Shown in pieces: positions 38,755-58,242 of a stretch of 64,000 bases of DNA. Source of the stretch: Zygnema circumcarinatum SAG 698-1b (taxonomy: Eukaryota; Plantae; Zygnematophyceae); assembly GCA_037447605.1 (NCBI GenBank), contig CM074811.1:1178001-1242000 (forward strand), in the 5' to 3' direction. The notes under the pieces were generated by a model, which had not been told where the DNA came from, did no database searches, and worked only from the letters and a program-made list of their open reading frames with translations. Numbering within the stretch: position 1 is the stretch's first letter; every line of letters begins with the position of its first letter. The translations under genes were made by a program, and so were the position numbers.

Positions 38755-39819
38755 CTATAATTCCAATACCATCTTCTCGCCACTAAGCCCCGTCTTAAAC
38801 TCCTCCAATGCCTTCTGGATCGATGCCAACCCTCCTTCAACTAACTTGATTTTGGGACTGGCCACAAACTCTCCCGACTCCAACTTCCCCTTCAGCCAGT
38901 CGTTAAAAACAAAGGCGAAAAACTCATTGCGCTCCTTCTCCTCCGACGGCGTTACAATGAACTTCACCATCGTGTTCCGCCAGTTCGCCATCCTCCACCA
39001 CAGCGAACCGAAGGTGAAAGGAGCCATGGCTACCTTCCCCAGCCTCGCCTCCCCCTTCAGCTCGTTCAAGACCTTCACGCAAGGCAGCACATCTCCTCCA
39101 GCCGCAAGAAAGGCCGTGTCAACCGTAACCCCATCCTCCTTGGCAGCCTTTACGATATTAGCCACAACATCCTTGTCCTTGTAGTCAAACACCTGGCTAG
39201 CCCCCAAGCTCTTGATGTACTCATGATGCTTTTGACTCGCTGTAGCATAGACCCTGAACCCCATCAGCTTCGCAATCTGAGTAGCCGTTGAGCCGATACT
39301 GCTGGCGGCTCCCCACACGAGCATCCCCTTCTTATCAGCCGGACCATGCATGGTGTCGAGCGGCAGCCCAATGGTGTGCCAGCCCGCCCATACGGTAAGA
39401 GCCGCCATAGGCAGGAGGCTCCCCTCGTTAAAACTCATCCCCTCCGGCAGAGGCACCACGGTGGAGGCCGGCACAAGCACCCTCTTCTGGAAGGCGCCAT
39501 AGTCGGGCTCCCCCTTCTTAAAGAAGCATGGAGCAAAGGCTGCTACGCGCGTGCCCGGCTTGGGCGCGTCGGAGGGGCTGGGCGAGCCCACGGCGAGGAC
39601 GATCCCGGCAATGTCTGAACCCAGCACCGCCGGGTAGCGGACGGCGGGGAAGCCGTAGGCGCGCTGGAGGTGGTCGATGGGGTTCAGGGCGATGGACCTC
39701 ACTTCTATGAGGATTTCGTGTGGACCCGGCGACGGGGTTGGGCGGTCTTGAAGGAGAAGGTCAGCGCGGGATTTGGGGAGAATGGCGGCGAGGTGCGAGG
39801 AAGAGGAGGAGGAGGACAT
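38755..39819 (-). CDS. Intronless MDR-superfamily NAD(P)H oxidoreductase, enoyl-reductase-like (CipB/LovC/ToxD type)
   Basis: Uninterrupted 354-aa ORF: EVRSIALNPID, YPAVLGSDIAGIV, YGAFQKRV, LVWGAASSIG (nucleotide-binding), YATAS..H.EYIKSLGASQVFDY, and C-terminal GLASIQKALEEFKTGLSGEKMVLEL. No catalytic Zn ligands seen. Confidence 0.93.
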   Translation of the reverse strand: MSSSSSSSHLAAILPKSRADLLLQDRPTPSPGPHEILIEVRSIALNPIDHLQRAYGFPAVRYPAVLGSDIAGIVLAVGSPSPSDAPKPGTRVAAFAPCFFKKGEPDYGAFQKRVLVPASTVVPLPEGMSFNEGSLLPMAALTVWAGWHTIGLPLDTMHGPADKKGMLVWGAASSIGSTATQIAKLMGFRVYATASQKHHEYIKSLGASQVFDYKDKDVVANIVKAAKEDGVTVDTAFLAAGGDVLPCVKVLNELKGEARLGKVAMAPFTFGSLWWRMANWRNTMVKFIVTPSEEKERNEFFAFVFNDWLKGKLESGEFVASPKIKLVEGGLASIQKALEEFKTGLSGEKMVLEL

Positions 39820-40043
39820 GGCTTGGAGCTTGTGTTGCTGCGGCGCGGGTGGGTAGGGGGGGTGGGAGAGGAGCGGGAGAGGTGGGAGGAGAGGGGGGAG
39901 GGAGAGAGGCGTGGGAAGAGAGAGGGAGGGGGGGGGGAGACGAGAAGACGGGGGAGGGAGAGGGACGTGGCGAGAGAAAGAGGGAGGGGTATGGAGGGAG
40001 ACGAGGGGGAGGAAGGAGCGGGGGAGGGGCACCTAAGGAAAAT

Positions 40044-40245
40044 AGGGGGAGTCAGACCTTGACCATCGCTTACGAAATTCCCGAATTCCTTATACTAAAA
40101 GTCAATTCTTTCGTGTACGAATTCCGGGTCTGGATCCGCGGATCCGGCAAGCATTTCCGTACCGAAATGCGTACCTAGCCAATGCTAAATTCGCCCGACA
40201 GGCTTACGAAATTGATTTGGCGATGGTCAAGGTCTGACTCCCCCT
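40044..40245. mobile_element. Short-TIR MITE (element D)
   Basis: Perfect 26-bp TIR AGGGGGAGTCAGACCTTGACCATCGC with subterminal GCTTACGAAATT direct repeats. Flanks AAT (40041-40043) and AATGG (40246-40250). Confidence 0.92.
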
Positions 40246-41512
40246 AATGGACGGGTCAATTTACGGAGTTTTAAAACCGACGTGGAAAGTTTGTTCGAAA
40301 AACCACAAACGGAAGATTTTCAAGTTAAATACATTTTTTAAAAGCTTGCCCTGCCAATAGAGGGGTGCCACGTGGCGCGCAAGTGGCACTCAGGATTGTT
40401 TGAGACTGCCCTGAAATTCGGGCAAGATGAAAATGCCGTTTCAATGTCGGAATTTTGACACTGACGTAGTCGTGTGCCACGTGTCGTATTTTTGTTCGCT
40501 GCTTAGATTCTATCAGTCCTAGGAGGGCTGCTAGGAAGCTACTATGGTGACGTCATTAAAATGCTGCAGCCAATCAGAAGTCGCCGACTACCCTTTAAAT
40601 TGTACATCCTGCGCGTCATGGGCGATAATCTTTGTCGTTTGCGTGGAACAAGGAAATAATATCTCATATCGCCGAAGTATCGGCTGTGGCCCACATGGCT
40701 TGCCGGTGCCGGGCTGCCACCGTTGGCGCCAACACCGTACAGTACTTTCAACCGAGTTTGCCGTGACCGGCAGTTTTTGTCGGCCATATCCGATACGTCG
40801 GCGATACGGGGATATGCATACACTCATCGCAAACGAGAAGCTGGCCGCCACGTCGCACAAGCCGCCAAGCCCTGCCTGGCCGTGCTTCCTCTCGCTTGGT
40901 CGGTGGCTCCTGATTGGCTGCCACACCTCTGCTGACGCATCAGACCATCATCATGGTGCCGCTACTGGAGGCGTAATTTGTAATAATATAAAAAGATGAA
41001 AAAAAATGAAATCCGGTGCAAGGAAGAACAGGAGCCGTCCGATAATTTGACTGATCGGACGGTACAAATTCACTCTGGTCTCCCAGTGTTATGACGTACA
41101 TTGACGTCATTCAAATAAACCGTACGGTGCTCACAATGGGCCAATCAACGTCGCGACAAAACCTACGGCACAGAATTTGTTGCATCCAGGTGCTTGCCAC
41201 GTCACGTCCGTCACGTCCGTACGGGGATACTCACGTCCAAACGCAACTGCCGCTTTGTCAACAAATTCGGGCAGCCACTGAAACATTTCATACCTACACG
41301 ACCGCGCTGCCCGTGTGTTAGGTCAGAAGTTTGGAACTTTATTCTGCCTGCCCGATGCCGCAAATCCAGAGGCGACCCCCCTGCCCGACCAAGAAAACAT
41401 TTTTCTCCAACCACCAAATATTTATACCTGCCCGTCCGTGCCTGTTCTCGCACTCGTACACCTGTAACTCCCGTCCCTTCCACCTTCCAACCCTCCCTAA
41501 CCTCGAGATCGT

Positions 41513-41566
41513 CCAATGACGACCTGCCACGTGCACACGTGTGAACACGTGGCGAATCGCCATTGG
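41513..41566. promoter_or_regulatory. Inverted pair of CCAAT-N9-CCACG (ERSE-I-type) elements upstream of the GT61-like gene; telo-box AAACCCTAA at 41717-41725
   Basis: CCAAT gacgacctg CCACG (41513-41531) and CGTGG cgaatcgcc ATTGG (41548-41566), about 190 bp upstream of the ATG at 41753. Confidence 0.6.
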
Positions 41567-41752
41567 CAGGTGCCCGCCCATAATGGTCAACCGAAGGTGC
41601 TCCCCCGTCCCTCCCTCACCGGCCCTTTCTCCTCTCTCCCTCCCTCCTTTTCTCCCTCCCTCCCTCCCTCGCCCTCCTCCCGCCTGCGCGGCATGCCTCT
41701 GCTTCCCTCCCCCCTCAAACCCTAACTGAGGGCCCACTGCTGCACAGAAGCC

Positions 41753-44700
41753 ATGGCGGCTGTGGCGGGCCCTGCAAGGCGGGGCTGGGCCGCCCTCTTT
41801 GCGCGCTCCTCGTCTCTCCGCGGGGCCGCCCCGAAGCGCAGCTTCCTCGCCCCTTCCACTGCGCGAGAGTGGCCCTCGCGGCGGCGCAAAGGCGGGGGCA
41901 AGACCGCGCGGGACTTGTGCGGCGCTGTCCTGTGGCAGGTGCTCCCCTCGCCTTGCAGGGCCTGCTCCAGGACGCAGGGAGGCTGCACATTGCTAGGGCT
42001 TGAGCATGTCTGTACGTTTTTGGGATCTCAGACCGGTATTGACGTTTTCTAGGGTTAAGTTCAGCGTTGACCTGTTTTAAGGTTAGCTATGATGTCTTGA
42101 GGGTCAGCGTGTAAGTAGTCCTCATTTCAGTGAACCATTCGATCGGGGATTTAGAGAGTGATCGACGTTATCATTCAGTAGTTTTATCTGCTTTTTTAAC
42201 CGTGATTTATTCATTGTTTCCAAACTAGTTAACGCTTAGCATTCTAACACTTCCGAGAATTTTCATATTCTCGATTGCCATCCTCGTCTTTCATGTGACA
42301 ATTGCTGGAGTCCTACATTAGGTCAAAAACCTTTTTTTTGTATCTGATTTTTACAGTTCTGATTTTCCCTTTTGCACACGACATACTACCCATACATATT
42401 TGAAGTCATTGATCCTCAAGCATATTCTCTTTTAGGGCGCTGCTGATTTTGATTTATGAACTTCTTTTGCTAGCAGAATGTCGAGGTTTAGGGCGTAGCT
42501 CTGCTGCTTTGTTCAAGAAACTTTCTCAAATGGTTGGCCCACTCCATGGCTGGGATTTGGTTAGGTTTCAGTTCAAAACGACGGAAAGCGGAGCCGCTTG
42601 AGGCCGTGCTGTTGGTCAATGCAGCTCGTTTTGATGTTGCTCGTTTCGTTGACAGTTGCGAAATTCATTCTTGGAAAGCTGGGTCCTTCCTTCACAGGAG
42701 AAGGAGCCAATTCTTTCAAGCATCTGGTGACTCCTCCCTCTCACTTTCAGCTCTCTCCCATTCCTCCTTTGTACGCCAAGCTCCCTCCACACAAAAGTCA
42801 ACTTGGGGATCATCTTATCTTTCTACTCTTCCCTTTTTGGTGGCGTGGTTAGGGGATGGAGGGAAACTCAACACAAGTACAAGAGGGAAGATCAGTTCGT
42901 GATCTTCGGGAAGAGCTGCGAAGAGAAGGAAGGAGGCTGTGGGGAGGCATACGGGAAGCATGGAGAAGGCCGTTCTATTCCAAAAGCAGTTCAGAGATTT
43001 TTCTAGACCCGTGGGAAGTTTCTGCCAAGCCCATTGATAGAGTTCCTCTCGGCTTTGAATTGAGAACAGAAACAATGCAGCGAGTTCTCATAGATGAAAT
43101 CTATCACTGGCACGACGCAATCAGGGCGCAACCATGTAATGAAACTTTGGAATGTCCGAGATTTAGCAAGTGTTCGGACCCTGCTTCATATGCAGTCGGA
43201 ATATGTCGAAATTCGGATCTTATCGATAAGAAGTTTGTGGGCAAACTTCCGCTGAATTTCCCGCCGATGAAGAAATTGGATCGGACTTTGGTGGCGACAA
43301 TGGCGGACTTTAGAGTGAGTTGAGGAGCTCATTTGGGCTATGCCAAACCTAGACTAAAATAAATACTTAAGTAATACGGATGCTGAAACCTATGGGAAGA
43401 ATAATTCCTAGACTGCTGTGCTGGACGATTGTATAGAATCAATTCCGGTTTTAACACCACTTCAATATGGACGAGGACAATTCTGAAAATAATGTTGACT
43501 TGGTTGTTTTTTTTTTTGTGTCCAGGGGAAGGTGTACATACTCGAGAACGTTTTTGTCAATGTGAAAGGCCACGTGTTCAACAAAACACATTTTTTCATT
43601 TTAGGGGGTTGCGCTTCATACACTGAGAATTATGTCTATTCTGCAAAAACCAAGTAGGGCTTCCCCTCCCCTTCTCCCATTCCCTCTCTTCTTCAACCTG
43701 TTATTCTTCAGCCTCCTCTTCCATCTCATCTCCCCCTTCCACCTTTCTTTCCCTGTCTCCTTCCTTCCTCCTCTCTCCTCCCCTCATTCGCTTTCACTCA
43801 CTCCCTCCCTCTTGCCCTCATTCCCCGCTCCCGCTTCTCCCCTCCCTCCCTCCCTCTCCTCACTCCCACGCTCTCGCTCTCTCTCTGTCCCTCTCAACAC
43901 ATCCTCCTATGCTCTCCCCCTCCCTCCCTCTCACACCTCCCACGCTCTCGCTCTCTCTCTGTCCCTCTCAGCACATCCTCCTATGCTCTCCCCCTCCCTC
44001 CCTCTCCTCACACCTCCCACGCTCTCGCTCTCTCTCTGTCCCTCTCAATACATCCTCCTATGCTCTTCCCCTCCCTCCCTCTCCTCACACCTCCCACGCT
44101 CTCGCTCTCTCTCTGTCCCTCTCAACACATCCTCCTATGCTCTCTCCCTCTCTATCTCCCTCCCCCCATCTCTCCTTCTCCCGCCTCCTCCCGCGCTCCC
44201 TTCTGCAGTCTGACGCGGTTCAGCGTGCTGGCCAACCTGGTCACATGGAGCGGCCAAAACTTCTTCCACGCTCTCACGGAAACACTGCCGGACCTCCTCC
44301 TCCTCGACCCCATTCTCAAGAAATTTCCGGTGCGCCCTGAACCCCATGCGCTCGGAATAGCTCCAAAACCTTGAAAACTGCTTATCTAAGATCTGGGTTT
44401 CTAATCTCAGGACTTTCCTCTCACTCTATCCCTCTCGCTCTCCTTCTCCCTCCCACTCTCTCTCCCTCTCAATGCTCCTAACAGCACATTCCGATCGCCA
44501 CGAAGAAGTATCAGGTGAAGAAAGGAGTTGGCGTGGCACCCATAGCGACGCATTTAGGGTTCAACATTTCCGCTCTCAACCTGCAGTACCTGCAGGACCA
44601 CATCAGCGATAAAAAAGTGAAGCACGAGAATTTGTTCTTTGCGAAGAGAGTTCTTGTTCCTGGCCACCAATTCTGTGGGAAGCCGAGCGGAGCCGTTGTG

Positions 44701-45625
44701 CACCTCCTGAGGGAGAAACTCCACGTCCCATCTCTCAAGACTGGAAAGTGAGCAATCTTTTGAGCTGTTTTGTGTATTGAGGTGCTTGAAAACCTGGCAT
44801 TGTTCTGCTGTTATTTTTGAGCGAAAATCAATTGCGCGTTTGTCCATATATAAAACTGTTTTTTTCGCTTCATGTTGGCTACAGCTTTTGGGCCTCCGAG
44901 CAAGCTGACTTTAGTGAATGTGGAATGGCTTGAGTCTGAGCTTGGACAACAGGAGAACAAGAATTACAAGAATAATGACTTGATTGAGAGGTAGAGAGGT
45001 AGAGAAAGAGAGGGAGAGAGTAACTAAGAGAGTGGACGAGAGTGTTCCAGCTTTGAGCCTCTCTGAAATTTGAGAGATGCAAAATGGAATTGTGCCCTGA
45101 CTTCCTCCCAATGTTGGTCTTTGCAGTGACTCCAGAAACGAAACCACGAGCAACCGCCTCGTCAGCGCTGCGCTGGCGATGTCTGATTGGCTGGTGGTGG
45201 TGGGGAGGAGAGCTTCCGGCCACCCTCGCGCCATTGTGAAGCAGGACGAGCTGCAGCGTTACATGGAGCGGCTCTATGGGAGGGACCGGGTGGTGAGCTT
45301 TTGGGGGAACCTGACGGTACCTGCAACGCTAACGCTGTTCCGTAGAACGCTGCTGTTCGTTTCGCCGCATGGAGCGGGCATGACCAATTTGCTGTTCATG
45401 CAAAAAGGGGCGGCCGTGCTGGAAGTGATGCCGAGAAACTGGTCAAACCCGTGCTACCATTTTCTGTCAGATCGATGTGGGCTGGATTACTATCTTTTGT
45501 ACGGGGAGGGGAATTTCACCTCGCCCCTTGAGGCGAATTTTACGGAAATTGGGGAGCTCGCTACGAAGATCTTTCCTTGGGCTTCAGTGGCTTTGAGAAC
45601 AGGCTTGAAGGTGGGCGCTTGGTAA
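41753..45625 (+). CDS. GT61/DUF563-like glycosyltransferase (multi-exon; 5' structure uncertain)
   Basis: Type II TM-like MQLVLMLLVSLTVAKFIL (about 42615). Exons 42856-43314, about 43527-43653, 44209-44330 (NFFHALTETLP), about 44486-44748 and 45128-45625 with SPHGAGMTNLLFMQKGAAVLEV, the typical GT61 motif. Confidence 0.82.
43862..44150. repeat. Intronic pyrimidine-rich minisatellite, about 75-bp unit x4
   Basis: The unit CTCCCACGCTCTCGCTCTCTCTCTGTCCCTCTCAACACATCCTCCTATGCTC... recurs at about 43864, 43937, 44013 and 44091. Confidence 0.9.
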
Positions 45626-47269
45626 AGTTAATGGGCATTCGGTAAAGGGCATTGAAGGGTTAAGGGCATTGAAGTTGAGCCAATGAAGAGGTTGGCGAAG
45701 CTTCTGAGGTGTAACATGCTCGCGGGGTAATTTTTTCTGTTATTGGTAGAAAATTCTGGTAGGAATTTGTTCTTTTTTCGTTGCTCTATTCGTTATAGAT
45801 TGTTGCAGATGTACAGTAGTAGCCTAATTGTGAATAATGTGCAATTTCTCTAGAAATTAGGATTTGCTTAGAAGGTATAGTGAAATTCGAGATGATGCGT
45901 AGGCTGAAATCTGAAATGATTTCATAGGCATAGAATAGCAATTGATTTTTTCTTTTTTGGAAGTCCAAGCATTCTTTATTTTCAATGTATTATTTAGACC
46001 TTTGAGGAACGACCCAACTCCCCATTGCAGATGCCGCCCATTACCACGTTGCCATTCTTTTCGAGACCCATGCCATCCATCCATCCGTCCATCCATGCCA
46101 TGCCGTGCCATGCCACGTCATGCCATGCCAACTATCCTTCCTGCCTTGGTCTGCATCTTCAAAAGCTGCCTACACTGTCTTCCCTAACACTGTCCAACCG
46201 TACCGTAGTCCCTAATTGACCACCGATATAACGACACGATATTATCGACCCCAGAAGGAAAATATAAATACAATACGATACTATCGGCAAATGAATTAAT
46301 ATCCCGATATGATATTTGCCCGTACTCAAAATAAATATAAAGACCCCGATACGATATTATCGGATAGAGGTGTGCGTCTACAGTTTGTTTCTGCTGTGTT
46401 CCTGCGCAGCCTTACAAGGCTTTACGGCTGTGCCCGCATCTTCGAGTACGCTCTGAACACACCTTTTGGAAGCCTCACAGGCAGGCAGGCCTTCACTCAG
46501 CTCCTCTTTCTGCCAAGGTAGAAGATAAGAGAGGAGAGGCCTTTTTTTGGAACTTTTGGGGTCTGCAAATGCTGCCAGATTATCGTTGTTTGGCTGCAAG
46601 GCTGCACTAGATGTGTATTTTAGGGATGAACTTTCTTAATAGGTGATGATATCTCAAACCTAGCAAATTGATGGAAAAGATGCGAACAATAGAACGGGAA
46701 TAGCCATTTTCGGTAGCACTAAAAGCGACAGGTCCGTATGACAGGAAGCATGGGAAGCAGAGCGAGAGGTACATCGCATCGCTCTGTAGGATAAAAGAAA
46801 GCAGAGGTCGCCAACTAGCAGTGCTGTAAGGTAAAGCTGATGCCATTCATCCATGAGCATTCTGCACTCTTCATTGTGCATCACATCTCGGCTTGTAGAC
46901 TCGCGCCGCAAAAGCCGAACTTAGGGCTACATATTAGGGTTTAGATATGCCAGCAGGCGCTTGATACAACATTTATTTTTGCAAGCTTGACCACCCGCGA
47001 TAAGTGATTAATCTTCAAAGGCTGCAAGGTCAAACGTATGCTGCGCTTAGAGTACTGTTAAAAAAATTGCCAATATCTTACATTGTTACATTAAATCTCT
47101 TCAAATAGATGAATGCAACAGGAGGATAACCGAAATCGTTTTTTTTTTGCGGCTGGTTGAATAATGGGTAAAGTAGCGTTTTACGAGCGGTGCTACTTCT
47201 AACCGACAACCTAGGAAGCATCGTCTATCTGAGGTTCTTCAAGGGAGGACGTGACGAAATTGTCTGCGG

Positions 47270-52302
<5,033 letters not shown>

Positions 52303-52978
52303 CAGGCAGGCCACTGGTGGAATGGTGTGTGTAGGAACTGCCTTTTTCGCCAGGGGTGGCTCTATGGGGAATGGGAACGGGATGGGAAGAGAGTGGGCGC
52401 CGGGGGAGGGACACGCACAGCATCGTGTAAAATTATTGCACGTAGCTATCGCACGTTGTTCCAGTTTCCAGCCTTGTCAGCTGTGCCGTCTATAGAGGTC
52501 CTTTTGCAAGAGCTGTGGCTCGTGAGCCAGGGTTAGAGTTGGCGGAAACATTCCGTCTGTCCTTTCCTCCACATTCCCCCTTGTTTTCCGTTTCAACCCT
52601 CCATTCCAAATGTTCAGAGCCTAATGAGCACTTCATCTCTTCCCACCTACACTCCCTCTATGCACACACGGTGTTGTCAAAGGGAAATATGTGAAACGAA
52701 GGGAGGCGAAGAAGGGAAGGGAGGCAGGAAGGAGGGGGCGGGGGAGTATCATTCTTGAAAGCGGATCTAAAGGAGACAAGGGAAAGAGGCACCATATAAC
52801 GGATGCGCATAGACTTCTCGCAGGCAGCATCGACCAAAACACCTAAAAAAAGGACCACTATTTTCTTCAAATGAAGCCGTGCATTACACAGAACAGGTCC
52901 TGTTTTGTTAATTGAATACATAAAGGGAGCATCCGCCCCCGCCCTGCCTGCCACGTGGCAGAGAGAGAGAGAGAGAGC

Positions 52979-57482
<4,504 letters not shown>

Positions 57483-57690
57483 GGCTTCCCGCTCACGACC
57501 TTGCGGGACGCAAGCTGTGCTGCGCTACTAAGAGGGAGAGGGCGAGGGGGAGAGAGCGAGCGCGAGATCGCGAGAGGGAGAGGGGGAGGGAGAGGGAGTG
57601 GGAGAGGGAGAGGGGCATCTCTGCGCCACGACGACACGTCACCGCGGAAGGAGTCTGGATGGACGGCGGAGATTCGATCGCTGGTGGCGT

Positions 57691-57706
57691 ATTGGCGCCA
57701 CGTGGC
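57691..57706. promoter_or_regulatory. Palindromic G-box GCCACGTGGC adjacent to an inverted CCAAT box upstream of HEMB
   Basis: ATTGGCGCCACGTGGC about 210 bp upstream of the HEMB ATG. Function inferred only. Confidence 0.45.
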
Positions 57707-58242
57707 GACGCAGGAGGGGCTCCAAGATGCGCGCCATATCCAGCCCGGCCGCGGCAATATCCGAAACGTGTCCTCGCGCGCAGTGGGAGCACCTCCGACT
57801 GGGACCGGCGATGAAGTGTGAACATGGCCAGGTGCGGGAGGACGATGCAGTGGGAACACGGACAGATGTATGGTAATGGAATAAGGGGCGTATGAAAAGT
57901 GGCGTCGTTGCCAGTGTGAACAGGGCGAAGGCAGACAGACGAGGATGCAGGTCACAACAGAGAAGAGCTTCAGAACTTGACATTCACAAAAGCTTGGAAG
58001 CACAACATTGGCCTACTTGGCTCGCTCCCTCAGTCGATTTCGCCCACTCCTAAGAACAAACATTACCATGAGGGTAATAGGCATTCTTGTACATTTGATG
58101 GCCTCGCCATCCCTGAGATCAATGCCACTCCCCTTTCTCATTCTCCACTTAAAGAAGACGAACACACAAACACGTAATCACGCCCAACACAAGCACGGCC
58201 GATCGACAGAGCACAAGTGACCCCAAAGGGCTGAGGACATTT

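Noticed and set aside
38711-39184. Antisense ORFs over the oxidoreductase and over the large CEP164 exon
   Set aside because: Shadow ORFs from codon bias on the opposite strand.
38755-40032. 425-aa version of the oxidoreductase
   Set aside because: The first 71 codons are low-complexity CT-rich leader. The ATG at 39819 gives a normal-length MDR protein.
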